A program made the position numbers and the translations under genes. The notes under the pieces are model-generated. The model made no database searches and was not told the DNA's origin. It saw only the letters and a list, made by a program, of their open reading frames with translations. From the IMG/VR virus record IMGVR_UViG_3300042274_000333: 20,000 nucleotides of DNA, one strand, 5' to 3'. Positions 14,718 to 20,000 of the stretch are shown here, one piece after another (within the stretch, counting starts at the first letter, position 1; each line of letters opens with the position of its first letter). Origin of the DNA: an uncultured virus (IMG/VR IMGVR_UViG_3300042274_000333). Taxonomy: Duplodnaviria > Heunggongvirae > Uroviricota > Caudoviricetes.

Positions 14718-14788
14718 GGGTTTGTGGTGTAACGGTAGCACAGAAAACTCTAAATTTTCTGGTGAGGGTTCAATTCCCTTCTTTCCCA
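14718..14788 (+). tRNA. amber suppressor tRNA (anticodon CTA)
   Basis: GAAAA-CTCTAAA-TTTTC; D arm GTGT-AACGGTA-GCAC; T arm GAGGG-TTCAATT-CCCTT; acceptor GGGTTTG/CTTTCCC has three U-U mismatches. Confidence 0.85.
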
Positions 14789-14800
14789 AAGGATATAAAA

Positions 14801-16381
14801 ATGAAAAGTACAAAAGAGCAAATTTTAGATTTACTTAATTTACTAGGAGAAGGTCAGCCTCAAAAAACTGGAAACTTTATAGAATATGAATTTAACCCTT
14901 CTCACATTGTTATTGAGCATGATAATGGAGCCAGAGAAGTACGTGAAGACGTTGGAATCACTACTTTTATTGTAGGTGTTAATAATGACCACCTTTCTTT
15001 TGAAACGTACTATGGGGTCAATAATAGACTTAAATATATCCCTGATAATACTTTTTCTATCCGTAGAATAAAGAAGAAATTTTTTATTAATAATTCAGAA
15101 AGAGGAAAATATCATGATGATTACATACTTGTAGAATTAAAAAGAGATTTTTTTGCTAAAGGTTCAAATTTAGGGTATTATATTCCAATAGAAAGGGAGA
15201 ATGACAACGTGTATGATTATGAAGAAAATAGTTTAGAAGGTAATTTTAAAAAAGCAAGAATGAAACTAATTCATTTTAATGATTTTAAAGAAGAAAGTTT
15301 TAGCAACAAAAAAAACATTGAATTTTCTTTAGATGAAAGCACGCCTTTTAAAGCATCTATGTATGAAGAAAGTTTAAGAGAACATGAATATTTGACAGCA
15401 AATGAATATATAAAGTCAGAATATTCTATATATGAAATCTTTAAAAGCTATAGTGATAAAGCTCTTATAAGCATATATTCTTCTGTTCCTGGAAATGTAA
15501 GAATAAAGATTTCAAGAGATGGTGTAGCATTATTTGATGTATATGGAAGATGTATAAATTTAGAAGTAAATGATGAATATGTAAATTTTCTGATAATTGA
15601 AAATAGAACAAATAAAAACTTCATTTGTAGTTTTTTACTACAGCCAGAGGAAATGCCTCCTTGGATTAAAGATCTTACAGAAGAAAAAGTAGATTCAGAG
15701 CAGATACTTATTAATAATGCTTTTAAGGAATTTAGAGAAGAAATAGATAAAGAAATTATTTCACAGTTATATAATAAAAAGGAGAATAAAATGAACAAAG
15801 CACTCAACGCATTTATGCCATCGTCTATCCCAAGTGGAACGATTGCACTTACTATGAATGGAACTATTGCAGTAAAAGCAGTAGATGAATCGTATGTTTC
15901 TTTTGATAAGGAAACTAAAACACTGGTAAATCACATGAATCTTGTATTTGGGCAAGATAAACTACACGAATTTAGTGCAGTTATGCCAGTAAACAAGGAA
16001 CAAGTAAAGATTGGAGACATCCTCCATACTGGACTTGGATGGGCTTTTGTTTCTGATATTGTTTCTGGAGAAGATGGTATTACCTCTTTGAAGGTAGTAA
16101 ATATTAACACCGGAAATGAAGAAAGCCAAGTAGACACAAAGAACGCATTTATCAATGCACCTACTGTAAAGAAACTTATCACTTTCTTCGGTGATTCTTT
16201 CTCTGGTGGAATGGATAATCCTAATGGCTTTAACCCTTTGATGTTCCTTATGATGGGAGACAGCAAGGGCGATAAGAACGATATGTTCAAGATGATGATG
16301 TTTTCTCAAATGATGGGAAATGGAAATCAAAGTGGAAATGGATTTAACCCACTTATGATGATGATGTTCATGGATAAGTAA
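14801..16381 (+). CDS. hypothetical protein with probable internal start at 15791 (Met-rich C-terminal product)
   Basis: ATG 14801 lies after the tRNA; AAGGAG-ATG at 15791 is in frame; NPLMFLMM/NPLMMMM repeats. Confidence 0.75.
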   Translation: MKSTKEQILDLLNLLGEGQPQKTGNFIEYEFNPSHIVIEHDNGAREVREDVGITTFIVGVNNDHLSFETYYGVNNRLKYIPDNTFSIRRIKKKFFINNSERGKYHDDYILVELKRDFFAKGSNLGYYIPIERENDNVYDYEENSLEGNFKKARMKLIHFNDFKEESFSNKKNIEFSLDESTPFKASMYEESLREHEYLTANEYIKSEYSIYEIFKSYSDKALISIYSSVPGNVRIKISRDGVALFDVYGRCINLEVNDEYVNFLIIENRTNKNFICSFLLQPEEMPPWIKDLTEEKVDSEQILINNAFKEFREEIDKEIISQLYNKKENKMNKALNAFMPSSIPSGTIALTMNGTIAVKAVDESYVSFDKETKTLVNHMNLVFGQDKLHEFSAVMPVNKEQVKIGDILHTGLGWAFVSDIVSGEDGITSLKVVNINTGNEESQVDTKNAFINAPTVKKLITFFGDSFSGGMDNPNGFNPLMFLMMGDSKGDKNDMFKMMMFSQMMGNGNQSGNGFNPLMMMMFMDK

Positions 16382-16395
16382 GGTAAAGATAATAC

Positions 16396-16424
16396 TTGAC
16401 AAAAAACTAAAAAAATTGTATAAT
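16396..16424 (+). promoter_or_regulatory. consensus sigma70 promoter
   Basis: TTGACA-17-TATAAT. Confidence 0.85.
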
Positions 16425-16438
16425 AAAGTATAATCAAA

Positions 16439-16493
16439 TGGATGCTAACAGCAATTTAAAAGTACTTTTTTGGTGTAAAGAAAAAGCATCCAG
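16439..16493 (+). ncRNA. ACAGCAA element 5 (minimal)
   Basis: TGGATGCT-AACAGCAA...AGCATCCA-G. Confidence 0.7.
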
Positions 16494-16497
16494 TTTT

Positions 16498-16580
16498 GGG
16501 CGATTAAGCAATGGTAGCGTTAGTGTAGTAAAACCCACAGTGGAGCCACTAAAATAAGGGTTCAATTCCCTTATCGTCCA
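16498..16580 (+). ncRNA. tRNA-like RNA with 21-nt anticodon loop and Ala-type acceptor
   Basis: GGGCGAT/ATCGTCC-A (G3:U70), stem TAGTG/CACTA, T arm AAGGG-TTCAATT-CCCTT. Confidence 0.7.
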
Positions 16581-16582
16581 AC

Positions 16583-16678
16583 GGTGTCGTAGAGAAATTG
16601 GCAAACTCCGCAGACGACCAAGAGAGTGCAGGCATCGTCTGCAATCCTGCTATGTAGGTTCGAATCCTACCGACACCA
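16583..16678 (+). ncRNA. tRNA-like RNA with 8-bp anticodon stem and 17-nt loop
   Basis: GGTGTCG/CGACACC-A, GCAGACGA/TCGTCTGC, T arm GTAGG-TTCGAAT-CCTAC. Confidence 0.72.
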
Positions 16679-16681
16679 CTT

Positions 16682-16730
16682 TGGAAACTAACAGCAAACA
16701 ACTTGAATGAGTAGCTTTAAAAGTTTCCAG
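16682..16730 (+). ncRNA. ACAGCAA element 6 (minimal)
   Basis: TGGAAACT-AACAGCAA...AGTTTCCA-G. Confidence 0.7.
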
Positions 16731-16982
16731 TTTTAATTTTAACTTATGTAGATAAAAAACGTTAGCAACGAAAAAGCATCTACTAAAGTATTATATGCGC
16801 TTACCCCAGTAGCTCTGGTAAGTAGCGCTAGTGCTGGCAAAGACTGCGAATCTAGTCAGCGAGCAACAACAAAGGCTTTGTCTTCGCAGGACAAAAATGG
16901 CGTAACCTCAAGTGAGAGGGGGAATCGGGATAATAAAGCCTTCCGATGCAAGGCGTTGTAAATGTTGTTGTCTTTTTATTTT

Positions 16983-17053
16983 GGTCTATTCGTCTAATGG
17001 TAGGACACCTGGTTCTCAGCCAGAAAACATCGGTTCAATTCCGGTATAGACTA
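16983..17053 (+). tRNA. tRNA-Glu(CTC)
   Basis: CCTGG-TTCTCAG-CCAGA; acceptor GGTCTAT/ATAGACT. Confidence 0.9.
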
Positions 17054-17055
17054 TT

Positions 17056-17116
17056 TGGATACTTACAGCAATCTTAATAAGGATAAATTTGGTTCGATTC
17101 CAAGAAAAGTATCCAG
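17056..17116 (+). ncRNA. ACAGCAA element 7 (small hairpin plus T arm)
   Basis: TGGATACTT-ACAGCAA...TTGG-TTCGATT-CCAA...AAGTATCCA-G. Confidence 0.72.
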
Positions 17117-17123
17117 CATTCGT

Positions 17124-17197
17124 CGCAGGGTGGACTGGAGAGGCTCCAGCTCGGTCTCATAAGCCGAATCACGAGGGTTCGACTCCCTCCTCTGCTA
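17124..17197 (+). tRNA. initiator-type tRNA-Met(CAT)
   Basis: C1xU72 mismatch; TCGGT-CTCATAA-GCCGA. Confidence 0.88.
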
Positions 17198-17202
17198 TTA
17201 AT

Positions 17203-17354
17203 AATGAAGTGGCGGAAACAGACGCAAGGTAGAAAAAGGATAGAGCAAACTGTATTAACAGGGGCTATCCCAAATAACAGAATACACACAGCTAGCTTAA
17301 GTGTATCACTGTTAACCTAAATGCTCATGTAGGTATTAAACCCTACCTTCATTA
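17203..17354 (+). ncRNA. tRNA-like RNA with expanded anticodon domain (152 nt)
   Basis: AATGAAG/CTTCATT-A, D arm TGGCGGAAACAGACGC, T-like arm GTAGG-TATTAAAC-CCTAC. Confidence 0.65.
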
Positions 17355-17780
17355 TTATTTACTTCTTGGTAAGATAGAGGTAAGAGCCTTTACTCGGGAT
17401 GTCCCATAAATGTATTATTTATTTTGTGGGAATGTAAAGGTTGGCTTTTCTGTTGAGCCACATAATAAAATCAGCAGACCTTGTTTGGGGAAGCAAGGTT
17501 ACGGTGATGCCAATGGCACCAATCTTACTAAGGCTTCAAATCCTTGCCGTACAAAGTTTTGACACGCCTCTACCGTTTGAGCCAGTGCGTGTAGCAATCT
17601 TCTAAAACCTGAATAAAAGAAGATTTGTATTAGTAAAAACGGTTCAGGGATAGGAAACACTTACATCCAGCAGTAAGCGTTTAATACGTGTTTAAGGTAA
17701 AGCCTGAATATCCTTAAACCTCTAGGTAAATAGAATAGTTGAGATTGTTTTATTTTCCGCTGGTTCAGGCATCATTTCTT

Positions 17781-17853
17781 GGTGAATGTAGCATAATGGT
17801 AATGCACCAGGTTGTGGAGCTGGTAGATGCGAGTTCAAGTCTCGTCGTTCACC
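17781..17853 (+). tRNA. tRNA-His(GTG)
   Basis: G-1:C73; CCAGG-TTGTGGA-GCTGG; acceptor GTGAATG/CGTTCAC. Confidence 0.9.
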
Positions 17854-17856
17854 CTT

Positions 17857-17885
17857 AAGGCGCACTTTTTAAGTGCGCCTTTTTT
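17857..17885 (+). terminator. intrinsic terminator ending the tRNA block
   Basis: AGGCGCACTT/AAGTGCGCCT followed by a T tract. Confidence 0.85.
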
Positions 17886-17923
17886 GTTTGAAAAGATACA
17901 TATATACTTGTATAGGAGAAAAA

Positions 17924-18340
17924 ATGAAGAAATTTAAAGTGGCTAAAAAGCCATATTCAATTGAAGAAGATTGCCCTAACTGTAAAGCAAAAGGGTATAT
18001 AGAAGTAGAAGTATTTGACAAATATACACAAGAAAATAAAAAACTTGCTTATATTTGCCCACAATGTGAAAATACAAAAAAAGTAAAAAAAGAAGAAGGC
18101 GAACGATACGAAATTGAAGAAGTGGAAGTTGTAGGAAACTGCCATTTTGAAAGTGGGGAAAACTTTGTTATTGAAACTATTCCCGAAGGTGGTTCTTCAA
18201 ACACTATTTTTCTAGAAGATGGAACTGTTTATTCCCTGGAAAGATTTCCAGTAAATGTGTATTTTGATTCTGTTGAAGAAGCAGAAGAACATCAAAAAGA
18301 TTTAGAGCAAAAAGATGAAGAGATAGAAACAGATAAATAA
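17924..18340 (+). CDS. hypothetical zinc-finger protein
   Basis: CPNCKAKG...CPQC; AGGAG RBS before ATG 17924. Confidence 0.8.
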   Translation: MKKFKVAKKPYSIEEDCPNCKAKGYIEVEVFDKYTQENKKLAYICPQCENTKKVKKEEGERYEIEEVEVVGNCHFESGENFVIETIPEGGSSNTIFLEDGTVYSLERFPVNVYFDSVEEAEEHQKDLEQKDEEIETDK

Positions 18341-19029
18341 TGGCAGAAACATACATCACAGGTGATTTACATGGAAGGTTTCCATTATACAAAAAAAACA
18401 TACCAGAATTTACCAAAGATGATTTTCTTATTGTCTGCGGTGATTTTGGTTATATATTTTCAGAGAAAGAAACTTCTTTTGAAAAAGAAAGACTTGATGA
18501 ACTCCAAAGTAATACTAATGGATGTACCATTTGCTTTGTGGATGGAAACCATGAAAACTTTGATAGGCTTAAAAACCTTCAAATGGAATACCGATTTGAT
18601 AATGAAGTTGGTGTAGTAAGAGAGGGCATTTATCATTTACGAAGGGGAAGACCTTATGTGATAAATGGTGATACTATGCTTACTTTTGGAGGAGCTATCT
18701 CTACTGATAGAATGAGTAGAATTCCTAATATAAACTGGTGGTATGATGAAGTTCCTAATGATGATGAAATAATATTGGCAGAAAATGTTATTAAGAGTCA
18801 GCCGGTTGATTACATCATTACACACACCTGTCCGTTTTCCGTGCGGAGACGTATAAAGAGTAAGAAGTTATATAACCTTCATTGTCCTACTGAAGTTGCT
18901 CTTGAAGGGATTAAACGTCAAGTAAAAGGTGGTTTCAAAAAATGGTATTTCGGACATTTTCATGCCGATGAAATAGTTGACAATAATTTTAGATTATTGT
19001 ATAATGATATTATAAGAATCGGAGAATAA
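18340..19029 (+). CDS. calcineurin-like metallophosphoesterase
   Basis: GDLHG, GDFG, DGNHEN, ITHT, GHFH. Confidence 0.92.
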   Translation: MAETYITGDLHGRFPLYKKNIPEFTKDDFLIVCGDFGYIFSEKETSFEKERLDELQSNTNGCTICFVDGNHENFDRLKNLQMEYRFDNEVGVVREGIYHLRRGRPYVINGDTMLTFGGAISTDRMSRIPNINWWYDEVPNDDEIILAENVIKSQPVDYIITHTCPFSVRRRIKSKKLYNLHCPTEVALEGIKRQVKGGFKKWYFGHFHADEIVDNNFRLLYNDIIRIGE

Positions 19030-19030
19030 T

Positions 19031-19351
19031 ATGGAAATCACTTATGACGAAATTTACGCTATGTGTTGGAAGTCTTTAAAAAAATCTATGGATCGACTTA
19101 AAGAAAATCCGTTTACCTATGAAGTGTGGAAAACTGTTGACAGTGTAACTTCTTCTATTGAAAATACTATTTGGGATGAGGCTCAAAAAAAAGATGCAAA
19201 GATAGTAAAAACTAAAAAAGAGCATTTTGATGGAATGAGGTGGAGTTCTTTAATAAAATCGTTAGAGGAAGTAAAAGAAAAACGACCAGAAGAATTTGAA
19301 AAGCATGTTAAGTTCTTTTATAACTTAATGAAAAATCTTGAAAGTTTATAA
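19031..19351 (+). CDS. hypothetical protein
   Basis: 106 aa, GGAG RBS. Confidence 0.78.
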   Translation: MEITYDEIYAMCWKSLKKSMDRLKENPFTYEVWKTVDSVTSSIENTIWDEAQKKDAKIVKTKKEHFDGMRWSSLIKSLEEVKEKRPEEFEKHVKFFYNLMKNLESL

Positions 19352-19356
19352 ACAAC

Positions 19357-19425
19357 GGGGTATACTGGATTAGATTGGTATTCTATAGAATAGCCAAGAC
19401 GAGGGTTCAACTCCCTCATACTCCA
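19357..19425 (+). ncRNA. miniature tmRNA-like RNA (tRNA-like domain only)
   Basis: GGGGTAT-ACTGGATTAGA, short hairpin, GAC-GAGGG-TTCAACT-CCCTC-ATACTCC-A; G3:U70; unpaired D loop. Confidence 0.7.
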
Positions 19426-19441
19426 CAACAGGAGATTACAT

Positions 19442-19657
19442 ATGGCAAGTGAATTTGATGCTACTAATGCCGTTTGGGGAGAAGACCTCCAAGACATATT
19501 TTTTGAAGAGCCATATGTATATATGGATAATAGAATAACTCTCATGTTTGACGAAAAGGGAGAGGCATCTTTGTTGATGCCTATATATTATAATACACCT
19601 TTAGAAATTATACTTGAGAGCTTAAAAGAGATAGAAGAATATTTTTCTTCTTTATAG
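19442..19657 (+). CDS. hypothetical protein
   Basis: 71 aa, AGGAG RBS. Confidence 0.75.
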   Translation: MASEFDATNAVWGEDLQDIFFEEPYVYMDNRITLMFDEKGEASLLMPIYYNTPLEIILESLKEIEEYFSSL

Positions 19658-19681
19658 AGTGGTTTTTACCACTCTTTTTTT
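19656..19681 (+). terminator. intrinsic terminator
   Basis: AGAGTGGT/ACCACTCT followed by a T tract. Confidence 0.8.
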
Positions 19682-19693
19682 ATTAACAAAAAA

Positions 19694-19722
19694 TTGACAA
19701 AATTTTAAAAAAATAGTATAAT
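19694..19722 (+). promoter_or_regulatory. consensus sigma70 promoter
   Basis: TTGACA-17-TATAAT. Confidence 0.85.
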
Positions 19723-19748
19723 AGTGATATACGAAAAAGGAGAAAACT

Positions 19749-20000
19749 TTGATTGACAAGAGCAGTAATAGATATAAAAAATTTTTATTGTTAACTTCAT
19801 ATATTATTTCTGGAAGAAAAGCTTATTGTATTTTTGAGAGTGAGAAATATATTTTTGAAGGGAGAGCTATATCCTCTTGCAATAGCATCTTTCATAGTGG
19901 TTGTAATAATTGCCCTATGCGTATAAACTCTTTGGAAAAAATAAAGAAAATTATAATAAGAGAAAACACGATAAAAAGTAAAGACCATGGCTATATTATT
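19749..20000 (+). CDS. hypothetical protein, 5' part (runs off the window)
   Basis: AAGGAG RBS, TTG start, open frame MIDKSSNRYKKFLL... to the window end. Confidence 0.65.
   Translation, partial: MIDKSSNRYKKFLLLTSYIISGRKAYCIFESEKYIFEGRAISSCNSIFHSGCNNCPMRINSLEKIKKIIIRENTIKSKDHGYII

Noticed and set aside
16748..16783. Eighth ACAGCAA scaffold (GTAGAT...TAGCAA...ATCTAC)
   Set aside because: A stem is present, but the TGG/CCAG ends and the exact motif are missing.
10570..17116. ACAGCAA repeats as a CRISPR array
   Set aside because: Dispersed, irregularly spaced, covarying rather than identical, and no cas genes.
17500..17551. Degenerate tRNA (TACGGT...AAGGCTTCAAATCCTT-GCCGTA)
   Set aside because: Too short, no anticodon arm, and competes with a longer alternative helix.
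722..19988. All minus-strand ORFs in the track and nested ORF 18362..18616
   Set aside because: Shadows of plus-strand genes or tRNAs; promoters, RBSs and terminators all point plus.
1..20000. Genome-wide TAG reassignment (alternative genetic code)
   Set aside because: Only pth2 and its leader show internal TAG; other genes are intact in code 11 and three end at TAG at sensible positions. Recoding elsewhere in the genome cannot be excluded.

Overview
AT-rich, entirely plus-strand region that looks like the tRNA/translation-control island of a large phage; no host can be assigned from this window. It holds about 26 intact tRNA genes, none with an encoded CCA, including an amber suppressor (CUA) and Ile(UAU). 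A family of near-identical TTGACA-17-TATAAT promoters drives the region. Interleaved genes encode a (p)ppGpp-type HD hydrolase, a CCA-adding enzyme, two HNH endonucleases, a GNAT, two nuclease+methyltransferase pairs, an HD hydrolase, Pth2 and a metallophosphoesterase. Five unusual elements are not shown by the ORF track. (1) An apparent amber-readthrough circuit: a leader ATG-AAG-TAG...CCT-CCA-TAA coupled to an RBS-sequestering hairpin, a pth2 gene with an in-frame TAG, and a nearby CUA tRNA. (2) Seven copies of a covarying TGGnnnC-nnACAGCAA...GnnnCCAG RNA scaffold, three of which enclose complete circularly permuted tRNAs. (3) HNH+replacement-tRNA cassettes, one inserted into the anticodon loop of an older tRNA-Trp. 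(4) A tmRNA reduced to its tRNA-like domain. (5) Several tRNA-shaped RNAs with expanded anticodon domains, plus a ~550-nt structured RNA. All RNA folds were done by eye.
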